Shown here piece by piece: positions 47,828 to 55,959 of a stretch of DNA of 64,000 nt. Numbering within the stretch: position 1 is the stretch's first letter; each line of letters starts with the position of its first letter. The stretch spans positions 2,550 through 66,549 of the forward strand of contig JAFGHI010000042.1 of assembly GCA_016930235.1 (NCBI GenBank). The letters are read 5' to 3'. Both the position numbers and the translations under genes were made by a program. The DNA comes from Candidatus Omnitrophota bacterium. Its GTDB lineage: Bacteria; Omnitrophota; Omnitrophia; Omnitrophales; Aquincolibacteriaceae. The notes below the pieces were generated by a model. The model saw only the letters and a program-made list of their open reading frames with translations. It searched no databases and was not told where the DNA came from.

Positions 47828-48650
47828 CCCCCGGAATCGGTGTGAATTTGAGTTATAACCGATTCCGGGGTTCCCTCCTTTATTTAGACTACAGACCGCA
47901 GACTAACACCGAATCCCAATGATTCGGTGCGACTTCACTGATATTGATATATCAGTACCGCTCGTGGAAACCTTGATGGTTTCCTACGATCTTGCGGCAG
48001 AACCTGGACGGTTCTGTCCGAGTCGAGACCAGAGAACAGAAGCTAGATTCTGGATGCTGGATACTAGATAGAAGTGATGAATTTATAGTGCGTTTTATAA
48101 ATCCAACTTCGGGAATCTTACGCGGAGTCCTCACATTCTATATTTCCAAACGTTTGGAGATATGCACCCGTTCTGAATTGTCCCCACGTGGGGACAATTT
48201 ACGCAGACAAATTTGAGGTGATGCAAATCGCTTCGAATTTATTCGGTGCCGAATAAATCTGATAATTCAAATTGGTCCGGCGCCGGACCAATTGGCGTAA
48301 ATTGAATTTTCCCCGCGTGGGGAAAATTGGTGAGAACCGAGTTTTCCCACCGGTGGGAAAACTCACCAGGCTTGAATTCTGCCGACGTCGGCAGAATTTA
48401 ACGATTTTAAGTTTTCCGAACGTTCGGAAAACTCAGTGGTTATAACTAGCCGAAGCTGGATACTGGATGCTAGATGTTCGCCCCCTCACCCTGCCCTCTC
48501 CCCACTGGGGAGAGGGTTGGGGTGAGGGGTTGTTGTTTCAGTTTACCCGCCTGCGTGGCAGGCGGGGATGAGGGGGAAATATTCTTATAACACCCTCAAC
48601 CTAGCCCCTGCCCGACTGCATGGCAGGCGGGCTCTCCCTTTCAGGGAGAG
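47828..48650. repeat. Array of 18 or more distinct palindromic hairpin units (REP/BIME-like cluster) in a coding-free 1.2-kb region
   Basis: Perfect 24-bp palindromes include aattgtccccacgtggggacaatt (48177-48200), aattggtccggcgccggaccaatt (48270-48293), aattctgccgacgtcggcagaatt (48375-48398) and agttttccgaacgttcggaaaact (48410-48433). A 26-bp palindrome is gagttttcccaccggtgggaaaactc (48339-48364). Further hairpins lie at 47828-47870, 47907-47929, 47937-47956, 47966-47984, 47998-48016, 48140-48163, 48237-48258 and 48305-48328. GC-rich hairpins lie at 48482-48529, 48546-48566, 48611-48631 and 48632-48650. Confidence 0.8.
48043..48070. repeat. Direct repeat ctggatRctggatRctagat, copy 1, flanking the hairpin array
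   Basis: ctagattctggatgctggatactagata is repeated as ctagccgaagctggatactggatgctagatg at 48447-48477 and as a degenerate inverted copy at 48733-48775. Confidence 0.55.
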
Positions 48651-48913
48651 GGAAATACAACGGTTAATTATCAACGCCACTCGTTAATGGTGCATTATGT
48701 TTTTGACTTGCTGCCTGGAGCCTGCAGCTTTGATCTAGCTTCCAGCCTCTAGCCTCAGCTTTTATCCAGCATCTGATTTACGTGATCACTAATGCTATCT
48801 ATTGCTATATAGAGAATTTATTTTATAGCAGGTATTGAAAAATGATCGAACGGCGGGTATGGTTTAAGAAGATAGTTTAGGGAACGTTTTGATTCACTAA
48901 TTAGTTCATATGA

Positions 48914-49267
48914 ATGGAGATAGGACTTATGAAAAGAGATAGATTAGTCAGTTGGCTTCATTGTGTGGGTTTTGTTTTGTTTTTTGCCATTGCCCAATGG
49001 TTTTTTGTCCTGCCGGTGATCTCGGCAGTCAATCCCGCGGAAAGTGTCTACGCGACGAACCGTCTTTCGAAGGATAATACCGCCGGTATGAAAGACAACA
49101 TTTCGGTGCCTGTCGTGCAGCCGGTCGAGAAGCTTGAGATCGGCGGGTTCATTGCCGGTGAGGGAATGGGTTTTGGTGCAGTCTCCTATAAGGCGCAGGA
49201 TCTTGTCGGCGGGCATTTGGCCTCGAGCCGGAATCCCGAAGAAATCCTGGAACTTGCCGGAACATAA
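48914..49267 (+). CDS. Hypothetical small membrane-anchored protein
   Basis: One N-terminal TM helix and no recognisable family. The start is uncertain, with an alternative ATG at 48929. Confidence 0.3.
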   Translation: MEIGLMKRDRLVSWLHCVGFVLFFAIAQWFFVLPVISAVNPAESVYATNRLSKDNTAGMKDNISVPVVQPVEKLEIGGFIAGEGMGFGAVSYKAQDLVGGHLASSRNPEEILELAGT

Positions 49268-49319
49268 AAGGGATAAACCGTTCCCGTGTTTTGTGTTGAT
49301 CTAATTCTTCCATTAGGTT

Positions 49320-49580
49320 TTGCCGATAATCCATAACCGGATGAAAACTCTTATTTTCAACACAATCGGTTTTTTTTCGGCCCTGAGCTTGATCATGGTC
49401 CTGGTTTATTTCGGGCCGGACTTAATCCAAGGAGATCTCACTTCGATGAAGGATTTCCTCGAAAAATACCGGGGCATCGAACCCTTCGTCATATTTATTG
49501 TCCCTGTCGTTATCATTGTGGGGAGTGCCTGGATCTGGAAGATGGCCGTCCATTTAACCCGTAAGAACCCTTCATCCTAA
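49320..49580 (+). CDS. Hypothetical small two-TM membrane protein
   Basis: 86-aa ORF with two hydrophobic helices and no recognisable family. Confidence 0.3.
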   Translation: MPIIHNRMKTLIFNTIGFFSALSLIMVLVYFGPDLIQGDLTSMKDFLEKYRGIEPFVIFIVPVVIIVGSAWIWKMAVHLTRKNPSS

Positions 49581-49592
49581 AAGGAGCTAACC

Positions 49593-51455
49593 ATGGACTT
49601 ACTCAATGACAAGAACGCAAGCAAGGGGAAACTCAAGGCCTTGGAATTGGCCGAGGATTCACGCGAGGCAGAATGGAAGCTGCCGAGTTTTGCGGCGGAG
49701 CTTTTCCAAGGCCAGACGCGCTGGGAACTTATCTTACCTTTTCCGTCTCAGAGTGATGAGGATAAAAAGGAAGGCGATTTATTCCTGGCAAAACTCGAAA
49801 AGGTCCTCAAAAAAACTATCGATCCGAACGAAGTTGATCGAAGCGGGGATGTTCCTAAGGAGGCGCTTCAGGCCCTGGCGGAGATCGGGTGTTTTGCGAT
49901 TAAGATCCCGAAGGAATACGGCGGGCTGGGTTTATCGCAGGTCAATTACAACCGCGCGATCCATCTTACGGCGAGTCATTGCTCTTCGACGGCCGTGTAC
50001 CTTTCGGCGCATCAATCGATCGGGGTGCCGCAGCCTCTCATCAATTTTGGGACGGAGGAACAAAAGAAAAAATATTTTCCGCAATTTGCGAAGGGGAAGA
50101 TCTCGGCCTTTGCGTTGACGGAACCGGATGTGGGCAGTGATCCGGCCAAGATGAAGACGACGGCGGTGCCGATGGAGGGCGGGAAATATTATCTCTTAAA
50201 CGGTGAAAAGCTTTGGTGTACGAACGGGACGGTGGCGGAAATTATCGCGGTGATGGCTCAAACGCCCCCCAAGATTGTGCGGGGTAAAGAGCGGCAGCAA
50301 ATCACGGCCTTTATTGTTGAAAAGAGTATGCCGGGCGTTGAGGTGGCTCACCGCTGTACTTTTATGGGCCTTAAAGGGATCTCGAACGCGCTCATCCGGT
50401 TTAAAGACGTGAAGGTCCCGGCGGAGAATATCATTATCGGAGAAGGCAAGGGGCTGAAGCTGGCCCTTTCGACCTTGAATATCGGACGTTTGACGATGCC
50501 GGCGGCGGTCACAGCCGGTGCGAAATGGTGCATTCGTGTGATGCGCGATTGGGCGAATAACCGTGTGCAGTGGGGCGCGCCGGTGGGAAAGCACGAAGCG
50601 GTGGCCGCTAAGATTGCGGGGATGTCGTCCACGGTCTTTGCAATGGATGCGATTGCGAATATGGCGGCGGCGATGGTGGACCAGAAGAAAACCGATATTC
50701 GTTTGGAAGCGGCGCTCGCGAAACTCTTTTGTACGGAGGCCAGCTGGCGTATTGTCGACGGGGCGATGCAGGTCCGCGGCGGACGGGGCTATGAGACCGT
50801 GGAGTCTTTAAAAGGACGCGGCGATCAACCTTATGCGGTCGAACGCCTCATGCGCGATATGCGGATCAACACGATCATTGAAGGGACGAGCCAGATCATG
50901 AGGCTATTTATTGCGCGTGAGGCCATGGATATTCATGTCCGCCATATTATGCCGATCCTGGCGAAGCGCACAAAGTTTCTGGACCGGATCAAACTTGCGT
51001 TTCAGTCCTTCTTCTTTTATGCGTTTTGGTACCCTCAGCAATTCTTGTTTTTGACTTCGATGCCAAAAGGCGTGAAGATCCCGAAGCGGCTCGGGGGACA
51101 TATGAAATATGTTTCGAAGACCGCACATCGCTTGGCACGTAATCTCTTTCATGCCATGATGCTTTATCAACAAGGGCTTGAGAAGAAGCAGATGCTGATG
51201 ACGAGGCTTGTCAATATCGGGACCGATCTTTTTGCGATTGCCGTGAGTTGTTCGAAGGCCATCAAGATGGTGACGGAGAATCCGGGAGACAAAGGGCCCA
51301 TCGATGTCGCAGACCTTTTTTGCCGGCAGGCAAAGGGACGGATTGAAGGGCAATTCCGGGGTCTTTTCCATAACTTTGACGGATTTGCTTACAAGGTAGC
51401 GCAGGATACCTTGAAGGACAAACACCTTTGGCTCGAATCGGACCTTGTTTCGTAA
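49593..51455 (+). CDS. Acyl-CoA dehydrogenase family protein with C-terminal extension (FadE-like)
   Basis: ACAD N-terminal, middle and C-terminal domains (EIGCFAIKIPKEYGGLGL, FALTEPDVGSDP, catalytic region QVRGGRGYE), plus a roughly 200-aa C-terminal extension. Confidence 0.8.
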   Translation: MDLLNDKNASKGKLKALELAEDSREAEWKLPSFAAELFQGQTRWELILPFPSQSDEDKKEGDLFLAKLEKVLKKTIDPNEVDRSGDVPKEALQALAEIGCFAIKIPKEYGGLGLSQVNYNRAIHLTASHCSSTAVYLSAHQSIGVPQPLINFGTEEQKKKYFPQFAKGKISAFALTEPDVGSDPAKMKTTAVPMEGGKYYLLNGEKLWCTNGTVAEIIAVMAQTPPKIVRGKERQQITAFIVEKSMPGVEVAHRCTFMGLKGISNALIRFKDVKVPAENIIIGEGKGLKLALSTLNIGRLTMPAAVTAGAKWCIRVMRDWANNRVQWGAPVGKHEAVAAKIAGMSSTVFAMDAIANMAAAMVDQKKTDIRLEAALAKLFCTEASWRIVDGAMQVRGGRGYETVESLKGRGDQPYAVERLMRDMRINTIIEGTSQIMRLFIAREAMDIHVRHIMPILAKRTKFLDRIKLAFQSFFFYAFWYPQQFLFLTSMPKGVKIPKRLGGHMKYVSKTAHRLARNLFHAMMLYQQGLEKKQMLMTRLVNIGTDLFAIAVSCSKAIKMVTENPGDKGPIDVADLFCRQAKGRIEGQFRGLFHNFDGFAYKVAQDTLKDKHLWLESDLVS

Positions 51456-51480
51456 GCACCGACGCCTCCGGCGTTTGACC

Positions 51481-51565
51481 GCTAGCGCCCACCGCGTAGG
51501 TGGCCTTTTCAATCATTCCTAACGTTAGGTTTGTCGGAAAAGGCCACCTACGCGGTGGGCGCTAG
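51481..51565. repeat. Nested-palindrome intergenic repeat element, copy 2 (perfect 29-bp arms)
   Basis: gctagcgcccaccgcgtaggtggcctttt (51481-51509) pairs perfectly with aaaaggccacctacgcggtgggcgctagc (51537-51565). The loop contains cctaacgttagg. It lies immediately 3' of the acyl-CoA dehydrogenase gene. Confidence 0.8.
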
Positions 51566-51686
51566 CGGCGGCGGCCAGTGGCGGTCGAGGGCTGGACGGT
51601 ACCCAACCCGCGTGGTATGATACTCCGAAGTCAATAATCCAAGATTAATTCCCTTTCGAGTGGAGGCGCTTTTTAGCGATCAAACG

Positions 51687-52247
51687 ATGACAGACGAGAA
51701 TATCCAGATTGAAACCGAATTTACGCCGAACCCCAAATCACTGAAATTCAATGCCAACAGAGTGATCATCGAGAAGGGGACTTTCTCTTATTCGAAATCG
51801 GCGGAGGCCGAGAAATCGATTTTGGCCAAGAAGTTGTTCCAAGTGAAAGGTGTTGAAGGGGTCTTGATCGGCAAAGATTTTGTGACCATTACGCGAGGCG
51901 CGAATGTCGGGACGTGGGCGGCCATTATCCCGGCGGTCAGCGATACCTTGAAGGATCACCTGTTATCGGGAGAGCCGGCCGTGTTCTCGGAAGCTTCGAA
52001 TCAAGCGAGCGGCAGCGAATCGGAAGTAGAAAAAAGGATCCAACAGTTTTTGGATGAAAAAATAAGGCCGGCTTTGGCCCGTGATGGCGGGGATGTGACT
52101 TTCGAGAGTTACAAAGACGGAGTCGTCGCGCTTCAGTTGCGGGGGGCGTGTTCTCATTGTCCCAGTGCGACCATGACGCTCAAAATGGGGGTTGAAAGAC
52201 TTTTACGCGAAGCCATTCCCGAAGTCAAAGAGGTCGTGCAGGTTTAA
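51687..52247 (+). CDS. nfu: Fe-S cluster scaffold/carrier protein Nfu (Nfu_N plus NifU C-terminal domain)
   Basis: Nfu_N region IETEFTPNPKSLKF...VTITR and NifU-like GACSHCPSATMT (CxxC). Start at ATG 51687; the ORF track's 51660 is an upstream in-frame Met. Confidence 0.8.
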   Translation: MTDENIQIETEFTPNPKSLKFNANRVIIEKGTFSYSKSAEAEKSILAKKLFQVKGVEGVLIGKDFVTITRGANVGTWAAIIPAVSDTLKDHLLSGEPAVFSEASNQASGSESEVEKRIQQFLDEKIRPALARDGGDVTFESYKDGVVALQLRGACSHCPSATMTLKMGVERLLREAIPEVKEVVQV

Positions 52248-52258
52248 AAATCCAAGAA

Positions 52259-52762
52259 ATGTTCTTTTTTTCAAGTATGAGATCTAAACGCATAAGAGTT
52301 TTGAAGCGGGTTCCGATCGGGATCATTTTTTTGGGGCTTAGCCTGAATCTTTTCATATTGCCTCATCTTGTTACGGCACAAACCGCACCTGTCCTTTATC
52401 CGGGATTTGCTCCGATCGAAGAAAGCAAGGCTTACCTCAAATTTTTGGAGAGCCCCAAGTCCGATTACGCCAAGATTCTTTTTTTGATCGACAGGTTTGG
52501 AGAAGCCGATGCCGAAATCATCTATGAGGGATATGTTTTTTCGACGACTTTTGCCGCGCATTTTGCCAGACAATTTTTGTCACGGCAATACCGGGGGGAA
52601 ACACCGGAAAAGTGGATTATGCGGTGGTGCAATACCTCGGTGATCAAAGGGGAGCTCATCTGGGTCCGGCTCCCCAATCAGAAATATAAATTATCACGTG
52701 AAGTCCTGCTGGAAGAAGTCAAAGTCCTTGAAGAGTGCCTCAAAGGGAAACCGGTTTCCTGA
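52259..52762 (+). CDS. Hypothetical secreted protein (signal peptide)
   Basis: N-terminal RSKRIRVLKRVPIGIIFLGLSLNLFILPHLVTAQT signal-like sequence. The protein is otherwise unassigned, with weak resemblance to DUF5329-type proteins. Confidence 0.45.
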   Translation: MFFFSSMRSKRIRVLKRVPIGIIFLGLSLNLFILPHLVTAQTAPVLYPGFAPIEESKAYLKFLESPKSDYAKILFLIDRFGEADAEIIYEGYVFSTTFAAHFARQFLSRQYRGETPEKWIMRWCNTSVIKGELIWVRLPNQKYKLSREVLLEEVKVLEECLKGKPVS

Positions 52763-52829
52763 TTTTGCCGCTCAAGATCTTTTTTTAATCAAACCGTTGA
52801 CGGGTCCTGCCGATATTTGAAGAGATAGC

Positions 52830-53057
52830 ATGCTGGCATTTATCACGGAGGCAACTATGGCGACGAAGAAGAAACTGAAGAAACTTTCATCGGGGAAAGT
52901 GAGTATCTTTAAGATCGAGAATCGACGGGGGTATGCGGCGGTTTGCATGAAAAACCTGACAGAAGGGCGAAGCCCGGTTCAGGCCTTCTATCGAATGGTG
53001 AAAGCAGTCAAACGATCAGGATTTGAGTTGAGCGGGAGAGTCCCGAAGGCCCGCTAG
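52830..53057 (+). CDS. Hypothetical small basic protein
   Basis: 75-aa Lys-rich ORF with a possible start at ATG 52857. No family recognised. Confidence 0.3.
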   Translation: MLAFITEATMATKKKLKKLSSGKVSIFKIENRRGYAAVCMKNLTEGRSPVQAFYRMVKAVKRSGFELSGRVPKAR

Positions 53058-53083
53058 AGACCCGTTACGCTTGCCACCGCGGC

Positions 53084-53140
53084 GGCCTTTTCTCTACTCT
53101 TTAAGAGGAGTTAGGTCAAAAGGCCGTTGCTTGGCGGGTG
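53084..53140. repeat. Degenerate third copy of the nested-palindrome element
   Basis: gccaccgcggcggcctttt ... aaaaggccgttgcttggcgggtggtg retains the ggcctttt/aaaaggcc arms and the ccaccgcg/gcgggtgg remnants. Confidence 0.4.
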
Positions 53141-53260
53141 GTGAGCGGTCATTTCACCCCAAAAACACCTAGGATATCTTCGATGCACCTTCATTGACAG
53201 AGGACGAAGGGTGCTGTAAAATTCGACAAAATCAAAGGTTACGGAGATTACGGAACTCTT

Positions 53261-54244
53261 ATGTCATCTCGAGTTTTAAGTGGTACACGCCCCACAGGTT
53301 GCCTGCATCTGGGGAATTTGATGGGAGCGCTTGAAAATTTCAAAAAACTGCAAGGAGAAGATTCCTTTTTCATGATTGCCGATCTTCATGCCTTGACCAC
53401 GGAATATGAGGAAAAGGCTTCGTTAAGGGAACGCGTCATGGAAGTTGTGATCGATTACCTGGCAAGCGGATTGGACCCGGATCAATGTACGATCTTCGTC
53501 CAAAGCGAGATTTCCGCTCACGCCGAAATGGCGCTTCTGTTATCGATGATAACACCGTTGGGTTGGCTTGAGCGGAACCCTACTTACAAAGATCAATTGC
53601 GCGAACTTCAAGGCCGTGAGCTTCATACGCACGGCTTTCTGGGGTATCCGGTCCTTCAAACGGCCGATATTGTGCTCTACAAGGCCGAAAAGGTTCCGGT
53701 GGGGGAAGATCAACTGCCTCACTTGGAATTAGCGCGTGAAATCGTCAGACGTTTTCATTATTTGTACAAAGAGGAAATTTTCCCCGAGCCGCAAGCGGTC
53801 TTGACTCAGGTTCCCCGGATTCCGGGTTTGGACGGAAGGAAGATGAGCAAGAGTTATGATAATTGTATTTATTTGTCAGACAGTGCTGAGGTCGTCAAGA
53901 AGAAAGCGAAGACCATGATTACGGATCCTGCCCGTAAGAAGCGGGAGGATAAAGGACATCCGGAAGTTTGTCCGGTTTTTCTGTTCCATCAGCTGTTTAA
54001 TGCGTCCGAAAAAGAGAAGGTGGCGCAGGAGTGCCGGGAAGCGATGCGCGGATGCGTTGACTGTAAGATGGAAATGATCGAAAAATTGAATGATTTTCTT
54101 GAACCGATTCGCAAGAGGCGTGAACAATGGATGAAGAAAAAAGATCAAGTGGAGAAAATCCTGAACCACGGCCGCCGGAAAGCGAGCCAAGTCGCCAACC
54201 AGACACTTCTGGAAGCGATGCGGGCGATGGGACTCCGGGATTAG
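53261..54244 (+). CDS. trpS: Tryptophan--tRNA ligase
   Basis: TGCLHLGNLMGA (HIGH-type) and KMSKS motifs, at TrpS length. Confidence 0.9.
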   Translation: MSSRVLSGTRPTGCLHLGNLMGALENFKKLQGEDSFFMIADLHALTTEYEEKASLRERVMEVVIDYLASGLDPDQCTIFVQSEISAHAEMALLLSMITPLGWLERNPTYKDQLRELQGRELHTHGFLGYPVLQTADIVLYKAEKVPVGEDQLPHLELAREIVRRFHYLYKEEIFPEPQAVLTQVPRIPGLDGRKMSKSYDNCIYLSDSAEVVKKKAKTMITDPARKKREDKGHPEVCPVFLFHQLFNASEKEKVAQECREAMRGCVDCKMEMIEKLNDFLEPIRKRREQWMKKKDQVEKILNHGRRKASQVANQTLLEAMRAMGLRD

Positions 54245-55056
54245 ATTCCCGAACACAAACTCCGGTTCGGCAGGAAGGAACTGAGAGCAAAGAGGAAAGT
54301 CCGCTTGCGGGTGACCCCACCCTGAAAGAGAGAAATCCTCTGCATGTGTCGCTTGCCGTCTACGACGGTCCGCTTGACCTCTTATTGGACCTTATTAGAA
54401 AAAATGAGATGAACATTTATGACATTCCCATTGCGGAGATTACGAAAAAATATCTGGAGTATCTGGCGGAGATGAAAAAATTCGATCTCGATATTGCCGG
54501 CGACTTCTTGGTCATGGCGGCAACGCTTGTCTATATCAAATCCAGGATGCTTCTGCCGCAGGAAAAGGACGAAGAGGAAGATGAGTCCGGCGGCGACCCG
54601 AGGGCCGAGCTTGTCCGTAAGCTTTTGGAGTACCAGGCCTTCAAAGAGGCAGCCAAGGAATTGGGGATCATGGAGGATGAGCAGGGAAAGGTTTTTACGC
54701 GTCAGGTGACGGATTACTATTTGGCGGATTTGGATGCCGAAGACGTCGAAATCGACAACTTCAGCGCCAATCTGTACGATCTTCTTTCGGCATTCCAGGT
54801 CGTGCTGGCCAAGGCCGGCCGCAAGGACATGCATGAGATTTATGAAGAGCAGGTCAGCATCGAGGAGCGGGTCCGCGATATCCAGATTATGCTGACCCAA
54901 AAAAAGACGATCCTTTTTTCGGAGCTTTTTCCGGAGACGTGGACGAGAAATTATTTAATCGCGACATTTTTGGCGCTGTTGGAAATTGTCAGGACCAAAT
55001 ATGCCAAGGTGAGACAAAAAGAAAAATACGGAGAAATTACGCTCGAGAAAAGGTAA
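54127..55056 (+). CDS. scpA: Segregation and condensation protein A
   Basis: AVYDGPLDLLLDLIRKNEMNIYDIPIAEIT is the conserved ScpA N-terminal region. The ORF as given begins inside trpS with a low-complexity acidic extension. The true start may be an internal GTG near 54346. Confidence 0.75.
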   Translation: MDEEKRSSGENPEPRPPESEPSRQPDTSGSDAGDGTPGLDSRTQTPVRQEGTESKEESPLAGDPTLKERNPLHVSLAVYDGPLDLLLDLIRKNEMNIYDIPIAEITKKYLEYLAEMKKFDLDIAGDFLVMAATLVYIKSRMLLPQEKDEEEDESGGDPRAELVRKLLEYQAFKEAAKELGIMEDEQGKVFTRQVTDYYLADLDAEDVEIDNFSANLYDLLSAFQVVLAKAGRKDMHEIYEEQVSIEERVRDIQIMLTQKKTILFSELFPETWTRNYLIATFLALLEIVRTKYAKVRQKEKYGEITLEKR

Positions 55057-55062
55057 CTTTTC

Positions 55063-55959
55063 TTGGGTGTTTTGACGGGAAAGGATAGTAAGCAAGTGAA
55101 CGAAAAAGATCGGGAAAGAGAACGAGCGGAGAAAATGAAGGCCTTGAGGCGGGAACTCGAGGAGAAACTTGAAGATCAGCTTCCCGCCGAAATGTTGGAA
55201 GGTAAGCCTGAAGTGGAGGTGCGGAAGATCCGGGAAGGAGAGGAACTCGAGCCGGGGAAGGCGAAGCGGATTATCGAGGCCCTTCTTTTTGCCTCGACCA
55301 AACCCATCACGGTTAATGAGATCCGTAAAGTGATGAAAGCTTTGTCGCCCAAAGACATATCCAATACCATTCTTGAACTCAAACAGGAATACGAACGGGA
55401 GCCAAGAAGCTTCGAAGTCGTTGAGATCGCAAACGGATTCGAGGTGCGGACGAAAAAAGATTATGCGCCCTGGATCATGAAGATTGAGCTCCAGAAAAAA
55501 GTAAGGCAGGTGACCCAGTCGGCGTTAGAAACCTTGGCCATTTTAGCTTACAAACAACCCATCACGCGTCCGGAAATCGAAGAACTCAGAGGGGTCGATG
55601 TCAGCGGGGTCTTGACGACCTTAATGGAGCGGGGCCTTGTCAAAATCGTCGGAAAGAAAGAGGTTGCGGGAAGACCCTTCCTTTACGGAACAACGGATAA
55701 GTTTTTGGAACATTTCGGTCTTAATCGGATCGAGGATCTTCCTCCCATAGAAGAGATTAAGAATTTGGTGGAGAACTCGGTCAACAAAGATGAATTGCTC
55801 GGGACCACTAAGATTTTGGACATACCGAATGAAGAAAATACTGCATCCGAGAGCGGCGAAGCTTCTCCCCAAGGAGAATCTCTCGGTCCGCAGGAAGAAG
55901 ATGCAACAGTCTGCGAGGGGCAAAATGAATCTGAGCCAGATACGCAAGAAGATCGATGA
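55063..55959 (+). CDS. scpB: Segregation and condensation protein B
   Basis: IIEALLFASTKPITVNEI and the winged-helix ScpB core, with a C-terminal acidic extension. Either the TTG at 55063 or the ATG at 55135 could be the start. Confidence 0.75.
   Translation: MGVLTGKDSKQVNEKDRERERAEKMKALRRELEEKLEDQLPAEMLEGKPEVEVRKIREGEELEPGKAKRIIEALLFASTKPITVNEIRKVMKALSPKDISNTILELKQEYEREPRSFEVVEIANGFEVRTKKDYAPWIMKIELQKKVRQVTQSALETLAILAYKQPITRPEIEELRGVDVSGVLTTLMERGLVKIVGKKEVAGRPFLYGTTDKFLEHFGLNRIEDLPPIEEIKNLVENSVNKDELLGTTKILDIPNEENTASESGEASPQGESLGPQEEDATVCEGQNESEPDTQEDR

Noticed and set aside
47737-48913. Possible CRISPR array (periodic approximately 24-bp palindromes with approximately 11-bp gaps)
   Set aside because: The repeat units are all different from one another, whereas CRISPR repeats are near-identical. 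The spacers are far too short (10-11 bp). No cas genes are present. It is interpreted instead as a REP/BIME-like palindromic element cluster.
47737-48913. tRNA or other canonical RNA gene in the long noncoding region
   Set aside because: No cloverleaf arrangement or T-loop/anticodon-loop consensus is present. The stems are perfect long palindromes rather than tRNA-like arms.
53058-53260. T-box riboswitch upstream of trpS
   Set aside because: No specifier-loop/T-box consensus (AATTAGGGTGGNACCGCG-like) was seen. The structured sequence there is instead a degenerate copy of the nested-palindrome repeat.
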